Positions 8,683-17,101 are shown, numbered from the stretch's first letter. The stretch: DNA of 18,769 bases from an uncultured cyanobacterium (GCA_963766075.1 CAVYAN010000088.1:1-18769), one strand, 5' to 3'. The notes: generated from the letters alone by a model not told the origin. Numbers and translations are program-made.

Positions 8683-9480
8683 CTACTGCTCCTGATAGTT
8701 CCAAAGCAATCCCCCGTCCACAACAAACGTGCTGCCGGTAATATAGTCCGCCTCCGCTGAAGCCAAAAATGCAACGAGGGCAGCCACATCCTGGGGCTGC
8801 CCCAGCCGAGCCAGGGGAATATTTTTGAGCAACGCGCCCAATTTTTCGGGATCATTCAATAGCGCTGTGTTGATCGGCGTTTCAATGGCTCCAGGAGCCA
8901 CATTGTTAATGGTGATACCCTGCGCGCCCAACTCCACGGCTAAATTGCGGGTTAACATCTTCATCCCGCCCTTACTAACGCAATAGGCGGTGAAATTGGG
9001 AAAGGGCAGATCTTCATGTACAGAACTGATGTTGATGATTTTGCCGGGACGTTTCGTGGCTAACAGATGTTGTACAAACGTCTGGGTGGCAAAGAACACT
9101 CCCTTCAAATTGACATTCATCACCGCGTCGTAGTCTGCCTCTGTCACCTCCCAAAACGGGGCATGCTTCTCAATGCCCGCATTATTGACCAGAATGTCCA
9201 ACTTCCCAAAATGGTCAATGCTCTCGGTAATTAATTCGCGCACCATGCTGATGTTGCCCAAATCGGCTTGGATGGTATGCCCCCGCGAGTTTGGACATTC
9301 TGCCATATAGCACTTACCGCCCAGTGCTTTTACTTTTTCCAGAGTCTCTTCCGCACCCTCCGGGTGTGAGCGGTAGTTAATCACGACATCCGCGCCCGCC
9401 TGAGCGAGTCGCAACACAATTCCCTGGCCAATGCCTTGACTACTGCCTGTTACCAGAGCAACTTTACCTGCGAGTGTCAT
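8683..9480 (-). CDS. Short-chain dehydrogenase, glucose 1-dehydrogenase-like
   Basis: TGSSQGIG, INYRS, NNAG, ISSVHE, YCVSKGG, APGAIETPIN, YITGST.VVDGG. RBS TAGGAG upstream. Confidence 0.9.
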   Translation of the reverse strand: MTLAGKVALVTGSSQGIGQGIVLRLAQAGADVVINYRSHPEGAEETLEKVKALGGKCYMAECPNSRGHTIQADLGNISMVRELITESIDHFGKLDILVNNAGIEKHAPFWEVTEADYDAVMNVNLKGVFFATQTFVQHLLATKRPGKIINISSVHEDLPFPNFTAYCVSKGGMKMLTRNLAVELGAQGITINNVAPGAIETPINTALLNDPEKLGALLKNIPLARLGQPQDVAALVAFLASAEADYITGSTFVVDGGLLWNYQEQ

Positions 9481-9560
9481 GGGTGTTCTCCCTATTAATA
9501 GAGTTTGTTGGGCTATTCTTGGGCTGTGATCAGGGCGTTCTGGTGGTAGCTAAAGCTCCC

Positions 9561-10121
9561 TCACGATGGACGAACCAATGCGACAGCCCCAAAGGTTGCA
9601 TTAAACTTGCGGCACCAGATCGCGGCGGATTTATAGTTGGCTAGGTTGACCTTTGCGGGAATGGCATACCGCTGTGATCCATTGAATTTTCGCAAAGGTG
9701 CTAGAACGACATAATCGCCCGCCTTCAAACTGTAGGAAGGTGGTTTGGTAGTACCCAGAACGCGATTGGATCGATGCAAAATAACGACGAGATCAGGTCC
9801 ACTATCGGAGGTTTTAAACGCTGAGTCCAATTCTAGGAAGACTTGGCCGTTGAGTGCGATGATGCTCGCCATTCCTTGGGTGGGATGTTCCCCCGAAACA
9901 AAGCGACCAGAGCTAATAATAGTGGGCTTTGTGGAACTCATGGTCTGGGCGATTTCGGCGGGTTGTGCCACTGACCTCGCAGGGTTTGGAGTCCCAGAAG
10001 CAGGACTTGCAGCGGCTGAATTCTGGGCTGAATTCTGAGCTGAATTCTGTGGTGTTTTGCTGGCATAACCCACAAGCACCAGAGCAGCCAGACTTACCAG
10101 AAGCCAATGTCTCATGCTCAT
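9561..10121 (-). CDS. DM13 domain exported protein
   Basis: Signal peptide and Ser/Ala/Pro linker, then G.F...H.T.G.A, GPDLVV.L, L....GSQ.Y.IP and IWCRKFNATFG, the DM13 signature. Confidence 0.85.
   Translation of the reverse strand: MSMRHWLLVSLAALVLVGYASKTPQNSAQNSAQNSAAASPASGTPNPARSVAQPAEIAQTMSSTKPTIISSGRFVSGEHPTQGMASIIALNGQVFLELDSAFKTSDSGPDLVVILHRSNRVLGTTKPPSYSLKAGDYVVLAPLRKFNGSQRYAIPAKVNLANYKSAAIWCRKFNATFGAVALVRPS
10015..10050. repeat. 3 x 12-bp in-frame tandem repeat (QNSA)3 in the DM13 linker
   Basis: GCTGAATTCTGG / GCTGAATTCTGA / GCTGAATTCTGT. Confidence 0.9.
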
Positions 10122-10125
10122 ATTA

Positions 10126-10167
10126 AAACTTCCTCAATGAAACTTCCTCAATGAAACTTCCTCAACG
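10126..10167 (-). repeat. 3 x 14-bp tandem repeat containing the Shine-Dalgarno of the DM13 gene
   Basis: AAACTTCCTCAATG x2 + AAACTTCCTCAACG. The - strand reads TTGAGGAAGTTT, and the array ends 4 nt before ATG 10121. Confidence 0.85.
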
Positions 10168-10200
10168 CAACATATAAGCGTTGATTCATAAACAATTAAT

Positions 10201-10233
10201 TCATCCAATCAGCTCATCCAATTAGCTCATCAA
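10201..10233. repeat. 2.5 x 13-bp tandem repeat in divergent promoter region
   Basis: TCATCCAATCAGC TCATCCAATTAGC TCATCAA. Confidence 0.8.
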
Positions 10234-10463
10234 CGGTATATCGAACTATCAACCACACGGGCAATTCTGCCTGGAACGCACGACCAAAAGATGATGGATT
10301 TCTAAGGAGTTTAGGGCGATCTCCTGATATTTCCGTGAGAAAACTTTTAGGATATTCTCAGGGAAGTTTCATTTTTAACTGATTGAGTGAAGATGTTCGG
10401 CGCAAAGACATTCAGCGGGCCTTGCTCCACCAACGGGATTACTCACTCATCTCCCCTTTTCCC

Positions 10464-12020
10464 ATGCCTACGACTCATTACGACCTGATCATTATTGGTA
10501 CAGGAGCAGGCGGCGGCACCCTAGCCCATCGCCTTGCCCCCACGGGCAAAAAGATTCTCATCCTAGAGCGCGGCCCATTCCTGCCCCGCGAAAAACAGAA
10601 CTGGGACACCGTACAAGTGGTACAAAAAGACCGCTATCACACGTCGGAGGTTTGGTATGACCACCTGGGACAGCCCATCCACCCTGGGGTGGGTTATTTC
10701 GTCGGTGGCAATACGAAAGTCTATGGTGGTGCCCTGTTTCGTTGGCGAGAGCAGGACTTTGACGAGGTGGTTCACAAAGGGGGCATTTCCCCAGAATGGC
10801 CCCTGAAATATGCAGACTTTGAGCCTTATTACACGCAAGCCGAACAGCTTTATGAAGTACACGGCAGGCGTGGCATGGATCCGACAGAACCCTTGGCCAG
10901 TGAAGCCTATCCTTATCCTGAAATTCGGCATGAACCACGGATTCAGGAAATTCACGAAGCCTTGCAGGCTCAGGGGCATCATCCCTTTTACCTGCCCTTG
11001 GCCATTAAACTAAACGAAGGCAATCGGCATTTGAGCGCTTGCATTCGCTGTGACACCTGTGATGGATTTCCCTGTTTAGTGGATGCTAAGGCGGATGCCG
11101 ATGTCAACTGCGTGCGTCCCGCCGAATTGTACCCCAACATCACACTGCTGACGGAAGCACGGGTGAAACGACTGCACACCAGTCCCTCCGGACGGGAAGT
11201 TAAGGCTGTAGAAGTCGTGATGAATGGCGTGAGCCAGTTATTTTCCAGTGACCTTGTCGTTGTGGCCTGTGGGGCAATTAACTCTGCGGCCCTGCTCTTG
11301 CAATCCGCCAATGATCAGCATCCCCAGGGCTTGGCAAACAGTTCTGATCAAGTTGGGCGAAACTTAATGAAGCATCAAAATGGTGCGATTATTGGAGTCA
11401 CGACAAAATCAAATTCGACGGTGTTTCAAAAAACGTTGGCAGTAAATGATTTTTACTGGGGCGATGAAGAGTTTAAATACCCCATGGGACATGTGCAATT
11501 GCTGGGCAAAATTAATGCTGATATGATTGCTCAGGAATCTCCAGCTATTCTGGGACTGTCTTTTCAAGAACCCAATGTTTTTGCAGCGATCGCCGCCCGC
11601 TCGGTTGACTGGTGGCTCACAGCAGAGGATTTACCAGATCCGAACAATCGTGTGACTCTGCGGGGGGATGCCATTCAGTTGACCTATACCGAAAACAATA
11701 CGGAAGCCTACGATCGCTTGCTGCATCGCTGGATTGGAGTCCTCAAACGCATTAACTGCGGCGAGCACATTATTCCCGCCTCTTTCTACTTTCGCAAAAA
11801 ACTGCCATTGCAAGGCGTCGCCCACCAGTGTGGCACCTGCCGTTTTGGCGATGACCCCGCCACCTCAGTACTGGATCGCAACTGCCGCACCCATGACGTG
11901 GATAACCTCTACGTCGTAGACGGAAGTTTCTTCCGTTCCAGTGCCGCCGTCAATCCCACCCTGACCATTATTGCCAACGCACTCCGCGTCGGTGACCATT
12001 TGATTGACCGGATGGGATGA
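10464..12020 (+). CDS. GMC-family FAD oxidoreductase with CxxCxxC Fe-S motif
   Basis: YDLIIIGTGAGGG, CIRCDTCDGFPC, AHQCGTCRFG and VNPTLT. ATG 10464 aligns with the paralogue's start (518 aa). Confidence 0.93.
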   Translation: MPTTHYDLIIIGTGAGGGTLAHRLAPTGKKILILERGPFLPREKQNWDTVQVVQKDRYHTSEVWYDHLGQPIHPGVGYFVGGNTKVYGGALFRWREQDFDEVVHKGGISPEWPLKYADFEPYYTQAEQLYEVHGRRGMDPTEPLASEAYPYPEIRHEPRIQEIHEALQAQGHHPFYLPLAIKLNEGNRHLSACIRCDTCDGFPCLVDAKADADVNCVRPAELYPNITLLTEARVKRLHTSPSGREVKAVEVVMNGVSQLFSSDLVVVACGAINSAALLLQSANDQHPQGLANSSDQVGRNLMKHQNGAIIGVTTKSNSTVFQKTLAVNDFYWGDEEFKYPMGHVQLLGKINADMIAQESPAILGLSFQEPNVFAAIAARSVDWWLTAEDLPDPNNRVTLRGDAIQLTYTENNTEAYDRLLHRWIGVLKRINCGEHIIPASFYFRKKLPLQGVAHQCGTCRFGDDPATSVLDRNCRTHDVDNLYVVDGSFFRSSAAVNPTLTIIANALRVGDHLIDRMG

Positions 12021-12026
12021 TTGACA

Positions 12027-12075
12027 GCGAGGGCGGGATTGGAACTGTGTCTACACAGTTCCTCCCCGCCCTCGC
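12027..12075. terminator. Long GC-rich hairpin between convergent genes (probable bidirectional terminator/stabiliser)
   Basis: GCGAGGGCGGG-att-GGAACTGTGT ct ACACAGTTCC-tc-CCCGCCCTCGC gives 11 + 10 bp of complementarity. No U-tract. Confidence 0.65.
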
Positions 12076-12076
12076 C

Positions 12077-12502
12077 TCAGGCGCGCTCCCAGCGAAACTT
12101 GCGCTCCGACTCCTGGATCGGCACATCATTAATGCTGGCAAATCGCCGCATCATCAGCCCATTTTCGGCAAATTCCCAGTTTTCATTGCCATAGGCGCGA
12201 TACCAAAAGCCCGCATCGTCGTGCCACTCATATTCAAACCGCACCGCAATCCGGTTGTCCATAAAACACCACAGTTCTTTCTTCAAGCGGTAATCTAATT
12301 CCTTGGCCCATTTACGCTTGAGAAATTCCTTGATCGCTGGGCGTCCACTGAAAAATTCGGCGCGATTCCGCCACTCGGAATCTTCAGTGTAGGCCAGGGC
12401 CACCCGCTCGGGATCGCGGGTATTCCAGGCATTTTCAGCCGCTTGAACTTTGGCGATCGCGGTTTCTAGCGTAAATGGAGGCAGCGGGGGTTTGGTTTCC
12501 AT
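12077..12502 (-). CDS. DUF1348 / NTF2-like family protein
   Basis: [68 protein letters not shown] 12502. Confidence 0.9.
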   Translation of the reverse strand: METKPPLPPFTLETAIAKVQAAENAWNTRDPERVALAYTEDSEWRNRAEFFSGRPAIKEFLKRKWAKELDYRLKKELWCFMDNRIAVRFEYEWHDDAGFWYRAYGNENWEFAENGLMMRRFASINDVPIQESERKFRWERA

Positions 12503-12579
12503 AGTTTTTGAGGGATGGGTAAAGATTATTTTCACTGAACAGCACTAGGCGACCGTGGGGTAGCGATCGCGGGCCAAGG

Positions 12580-13269
12580 TCAAATCCGCCGCCCCTGTCC
12601 AAAAAGGATGGCTTTGCTCTCGGCGGTCATAGCGGTTTCGGCCTTAATGGCTTCAGCCTTGGCATAGGCCCGTTCTACGGCTGGACGGCGCTGAATAGAC
12701 TCGAACCAGCGTTTAACCTGGGGAAAATCTGCGAGGGTAATCTGCTGGCGCTCATGGGGCACAATCCACGGATAAGCAGCCATATCGGCAATGGAATAGT
12801 CCCCAGCGATGTAGTCGCGATCGCTCAGCTGCTGATCCAGAACCCCATACAACCGTTCCGTTTCTTTCACATAGCGGTTAATCGCATAGGGAATCGGTTC
12901 GGGCGCATACTGAACAAAGTGATGATTTTGACCCAGCATTGGCCCCAGTCCGCCCATCTGCCAGAACAGCCACTGCATAACCTCAACGCGGCCTCTGACC
13001 GTGCTGGGTAAAAATGCTCCCGTTTTTTCGGCTAGGTATTGCAAGATTGCGCCGGATTCAAACACGCTAATCGGCGGGCCACCATCGCTAGGGTGCTGAT
13101 CGATCATGGCAGGGATGCGGTTGTTGGGGGAGATCTGCAAAAACGCGGGCTGAAATTGATCGCCCTTGCCAATGTTAATCGGATGAATGGTGTAAGGCAG
13201 TTCAGCTTCTTCTAAAAAAATGGTGATCTTGTGACCGTTGGGAGTGGGCCAGTAGTAAAGGTCAATCAT
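12580..13269 (-). CDS. yfcG: Glutathione S-transferase family, YfcG-type (GSH-dependent disulfide oxidoreductase)
   Basis: MIDLYYWPTPNGHKI, ISPNNRIPA, FESGAIL.YLAEKTG, WLFWQMGGLGPMLGQNHHF, YSIADMAAYPW. Confidence 0.88.
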   Translation of the reverse strand: MIDLYYWPTPNGHKITIFLEEAELPYTIHPINIGKGDQFQPAFLQISPNNRIPAMIDQHPSDGGPPISVFESGAILQYLAEKTGAFLPSTVRGRVEVMQWLFWQMGGLGPMLGQNHHFVQYAPEPIPYAINRYVKETERLYGVLDQQLSDRDYIAGDYSIADMAAYPWIVPHERQQITLADFPQVKRWFESIQRRPAVERAYAKAEAIKAETAMTAESKAILFGQGRRI

Positions 13270-13418
13270 GATTTCTCCTATGGTTTCTCGCCAAAGTGCG
13301 TACCCGTTCTGTTATATCCTGTGGCCCAATCTAGACCCCGTTCATTGGAATATAGCCTGAGATCTGCTTCACCCGCTCTAACGGTAGACTGCTAGGAGTA
13401 ATTTAATCAGGACGGCAG

Positions 13419-15002
13419 ATGGCGATCGGGATTTGGATATTGGGCGATCAACTGTGGGCCGAACAAGCGGGCCTACAAAGCTGTGCCGCGCAAAAACATA
13501 CCACGCCCGTTCTGATGATTGAATCCCTCAGCCATGCCCAGCAACGGCCCTATCATCTGCAAAAATTGGTCTTAATTTGGTCCGCTATGCGCCACTTTGC
13601 TGAGGAACTGCGGCAAAGTGGATGGTCAGTCACCTATTACTCCCAATCAGAAAATTTTCAAGCCCCTTTGCTGGACTGGATTACAGCCCAGCAAATTACG
13701 GAACTGCGGGTGATGACTCCCAGCGATCGCCCTTTCCAAACCCTAATTCAGACGCTGGATCTGCCCTGTACCCTCACCCTGTTGCCCAATAACCACTTTC
13801 TCTGGAGCCATGAAGCCTTTTGCCAATGGGCCGCTCCCCGCAAGCGAATGCTGATGGAGGACTTCTACCGTGAAGGTCGCCGTCGCTTACAGATCCTCAT
13901 GGACAACAACCAGCCCATCGGCGGCCAGTGGAACTTCGACAAAGACAATCGTCAACCGCCCAAAGGCAAACTCAATCCGCCTAAACCCCTTTGGTTTACA
14001 CCAGATGCCATCACCCAAACCGTGATTGATCACGTAAAAACCGATCCTCACTTCGCCCAGCATCGCCAATACTGGCAAGTAGAACCGTTTCGCTGGGCCG
14101 TGACCCGACCCCAAGCCCTGCAAGTCCTTGACCACTTTATTCAGACCCGCTTGTTTGGGTTTGGTCCTTACCAAGATGCCATGGTCACGGGCGAAGAAAC
14201 CATGTGGCATGCGATGCTGTCGCCCTACTTGAATCTGGGGCTGTTGCATCCTATGGAGGTAGTAAAAGCCGCCGAAACGGCCTATGCGCAGCGCGAAGAT
14301 GCCGATCTAGGGGCACTCAGGAGCGTAGAAGGCTTCATCCGCCAAGTGCTGGGCTGGCGGGAATATATGCACGGCATTTACACCCTGCTGCCCGCCAACT
14401 CCCCCAGCCCAACCCCCCCCAGCCAGGACTCCCCCAACCCAAACTGGTTTAACCATCAGCATCCCTTGCCAAATTTTTTCTGGACAGGGGAAACTTCTAT
14501 GAACTGCCTGCACCAAATCCTGACTCAGGTGAAGCAAACGGGGTATGCTCACCACATCCAGCGCCTAATGGTTCTGAGCAACTTTGCCTTAATTGCGGGG
14601 CTCAACCCCCAGGCCGTCGAGCAATGGTTTCATGCGGCCTTTATCGATGCCTACGACTGGGTCATGCAAACCAATGTGATCGGCATGGGACTGTTTGCCG
14701 ATGGAGGTAGACTTGCATCCAAGCCTTATGCTGCCTCCGCCAATTATGTGAACCGAATGAGCAACTACTGTGGCAGTTGCCAGTATCGGCCTACGGAGCG
14801 CACTGGTGCGTCGGCCTGTCCCTTTAACGTGTTCTACTGGGACTTTCTGGCTCGGCACCGCGAGAAATTGCAATCCCAGGGTAGAATGAGTTTCATTCTC
14901 AAGAATCTTGATAAAATGGCAACCGGCGAATTAGAGGCGATCCAGCACCAGGCAACCCAGTGGCATCAGCAGCAGACAGACGACGGTAATGCTGCCCAGT
15001 GA
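13419..15002 (+). CDS. Fe-S bacterial cryptochrome/(6-4) photolyase (FeS-BCP, PhrB/CryB-like)
   Basis: ILGDQL, H.QKL.L..SAMRHFA, MEDFYR..RRR, GGQWNFDKDNR, FGPYQDAM, VEGFIRQVLGWREY, YAHHIQRLMV and SKPYAAS. Four cluster Cys in MNCL, YCGSC and ACPF. Confidence 0.93.
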   Translation: MAIGIWILGDQLWAEQAGLQSCAAQKHTTPVLMIESLSHAQQRPYHLQKLVLIWSAMRHFAEELRQSGWSVTYYSQSENFQAPLLDWITAQQITELRVMTPSDRPFQTLIQTLDLPCTLTLLPNNHFLWSHEAFCQWAAPRKRMLMEDFYREGRRRLQILMDNNQPIGGQWNFDKDNRQPPKGKLNPPKPLWFTPDAITQTVIDHVKTDPHFAQHRQYWQVEPFRWAVTRPQALQVLDHFIQTRLFGFGPYQDAMVTGEETMWHAMLSPYLNLGLLHPMEVVKAAETAYAQREDADLGALRSVEGFIRQVLGWREYMHGIYTLLPANSPSPTPPSQDSPNPNWFNHQHPLPNFFWTGETSMNCLHQILTQVKQTGYAHHIQRLMVLSNFALIAGLNPQAVEQWFHAAFIDAYDWVMQTNVIGMGLFADGGRLASKPYAASANYVNRMSNYCGSCQYRPTERTGASACPFNVFYWDFLARHREKLQSQGRMSFILKNLDKMATGELEAIQHQATQWHQQQTDDGNAAQ

Positions 15003-15090
15003 TTGGCTCTAACTCCTACCGATCCAGCCTTTTGGAACATTGATCGCCCCAAGATCGCGCAAGTTTTGTAATTCTTTGCATTACTACAGG

Positions 15091-15186
15091 TTTTCCCCAA
15101 GGACGATCCAGAGATTCCCCAGGATTTCCCCAGGATTTCCCCAGTCCCATGGAAGTTTTCCACAGGGTTTAACCGGTTTTCCACAG
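15091..15186 (+). promoter_or_regulatory. Cluster of co-oriented DnaA-box-like 9-mers
   Basis: TTTTCCACA at 15156-15164 and 15177-15185; TTTTCCCCA at 15091; GAT(T)TCCCCAG x3 at 15113-15144. Confidence 0.45.
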
Positions 15187-15355
15187 CAGCCACGAGGGAA
15201 TCAAGGTTTGGTCAGACGTAGACCGGGTGGGTTATGGGACGGGCGATCGCGCCAATGCCGCCCCTTTTGTAAAGGAATGTAACGGGGATCGCGGACCAAC
15301 CGGTTTTATGTATCGAAATGTATCGATAACGCTGGCGGGGGTATCCTCTCACGCG

Positions 15356-15385
15356 TTGACAAGAATACCCATCCTTGAACACAAT
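15356..15385 (+). promoter_or_regulatory. Candidate sigma70-type promoter
   Basis: Perfect TTGACA (15356-15361), 18-nt spacer, CACAAT (15380-15385). Confidence 0.3.
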
Positions 15386-15965
15386 GAAGCACAAACAGTT
15401 TTTAATCCCGCGTTAAACCCGCTTAACTTGCCGATTCATGTCTTTGTTTATTCATACTGATCGTCAGGATCCTGACTGGGATGACCACTAATTGGAATAC
15501 CGCTTCAGCCTGTGAATCGGTTCGCCAGAAACCATCCTTAACCGATCGGCTCTGGGTCTATCGCCCCTTTTTCCCGCAGCTCTTCTATCTTTCAGCCGTG
15601 CATCTCATCTCCAGTGCATCTCATTTCTTAACCTCGGTGCATCTAGCCGCAATTCAGCTCAACCCAGTTCCGTTCAACGGCTGCTTTTTTCATGGAAAAA
15701 CTTCGATGCTGGGTTGGCAGACGGGCTGATTTCCAGAACGCTCTTGTCGGGGCCATGCATTGAGCACGGACAATCTGGAATCCCCCCAGAAGTTCCTCAC
15801 CCAAGGTGTTACCGATAACAGAGCGGATGTTTTTCTCAGAAATGACTCTCAAATCACACTAAGAAAATCACACTAATTTGAGAGATTGCACTGATTTTAT
15901 CTTGACTCAGAGTGACTGGCCTCTGGGCATCTGCTGTCCGCATTCGCATCTCCTACAACGCCCCC

Positions 15966-16169
15966 ATGAACACAACCATTAGCATTCTGGCTGAAATTCC
16001 CGAAGACCTGCATCAAGCCCTAACGGATTACCTGGAAACCCATGCCAACTGGGACCATGACAGCATTTTAGCAGCGGCCCTATCGCTATTTTTGTTGCAA
16101 AGTGGTACAGGCGATCGCCGTCCTGGGCATGTGTATTTAGAAACTTTGTATGATCGGACGAATCACTAG
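15966..16169 (+). CDS. DUF2811 domain small protein (cyanobacterial)
   Basis: MNTTISILAEIPEDLHQAL..YLETH.NWD.D.ILAAALSLFLLQ matches the DUF2811 pattern from memory. ATG 15966 preferred over GTG 15912. Confidence 0.85.
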   Translation: MNTTISILAEIPEDLHQALTDYLETHANWDHDSILAAALSLFLLQSGTGDRRPGHVYLETLYDRTNH

Positions 16170-16453
16170 GGCGCAAACAGGTGGCCGTTGCTCAAGGACA
16201 GCCCCTCACGGTGCTCCACATTTCGGAATGTTTAGCTTTGCAGGCTCCATGCCGGGATTGGGCCAATTTTCCGCTAGGATTTTGATATAAAGTCCCTTGA
16301 AATGCCGGTCTAGCAACCTTTGCTACGTTTGTAGTGCGAAGTTTCTAGGCGTTCTTTCAGGCTTTGCAAAGCCTTCAGCCCCTGCTGAACCGCGCACACT
16401 CTGCAAAAAGCGTCTCCGGCCAAGATCCAAACTCCAAAATCTAAAATTTCATC

Positions 16454-17056
16454 ATGGCGTATTCCTGGTTTAAGGCGTTCCACATTGTCGGTTTTGTCTG
16501 TTGGTTTGCCGGGTTATTTTATTTGCCCCGGTTGTTTGTCTACCATGCCGAAGCCAATGAGCAGCCCGAACCGGCTCGGAGCATTCTGCAAACCCAATAT
16601 ACAGTGATGGAAACCCGCCTCTATAAAATCATCACGACACCTGCCATGCTGTTAACGGTGGCCATGGCGATCGGTATCATTTCCACAGAGCCCGGAATCC
16701 TAAAGCAAACTTGGCTGCATGTCAAGATCGCCCTCGTGGTGTTTTTGATCGGTTATCACCACTACTGCGGACGACTAATTAAAAAGCTGGCTGCCAAAGA
16801 CTGTCAGTTCACTGGACAGCAATTTCGATGGTTTAACGAAATCCCCACCGTGTTCTTTGTCTTAGTCGTGATGCTAGCGATCTTCAAGAACAATTTGCCG
16901 ACGGATCTAACCACCTATGTCGTAGTGGCGATGGTCGTGGCGATGGCTGTGACAATTCAGCTTTACGCCAGAAAACGGCGACTGGATCGGGAGCGCACTA
17001 CAGCCTCCGAGAGCAACCTCATGGGCACCGCCTCATCAGAAGGTTCGGCATCGTAA
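16454..17056 (+). CDS. hemJ: Protoporphyrinogen oxidase HemJ
   Basis: WFKAFHIVGFVCWFAGLFYLPRLFVYH, ME.RLY..I.TPAM, WLHVK, FRWFNEIPT. Confidence 0.95.
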   Translation: MAYSWFKAFHIVGFVCWFAGLFYLPRLFVYHAEANEQPEPARSILQTQYTVMETRLYKIITTPAMLLTVAMAIGIISTEPGILKQTWLHVKIALVVFLIGYHHYCGRLIKKLAAKDCQFTGQQFRWFNEIPTVFFVLVVMLAIFKNNLPTDLTTYVVVAMVVAMAVTIQLYARKRRLDRERTTASESNLMGTASSEGSAS

Positions 17057-17101
17057 GCCATTGCCATGATGCCAGTAGCCAAGCTGCCGCATTGGCTCCG
17101 G

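Noticed and set aside
10126..10233. CRISPR or mini-array
   Set aside because: The repeats are 13-14 bp and directly tandem with no spacers, and there are no cas genes. The same applies to repeats at 15113, 15598, 15851 and 17967.
10383..10463. Track N-terminal extensions (also 558-665, 6212-6262, 12503-12535, 15912-15965)
   Set aside because: They rely on upstream TTG/GTG starts, while downstream ATGs coincide with where family similarity begins.
15085..15460. Firm oriC call
   Set aside because: Only two perfect boxes, no dnaA or dnaN adjacent, and no clear unwinding element; kept only as a hypothesis.
14966..15852. Six short ORFs in the photolyase-DUF2811 gap
   Set aside because: They overlap each other on both strands, translate through DNA repeats, and show no family motifs.
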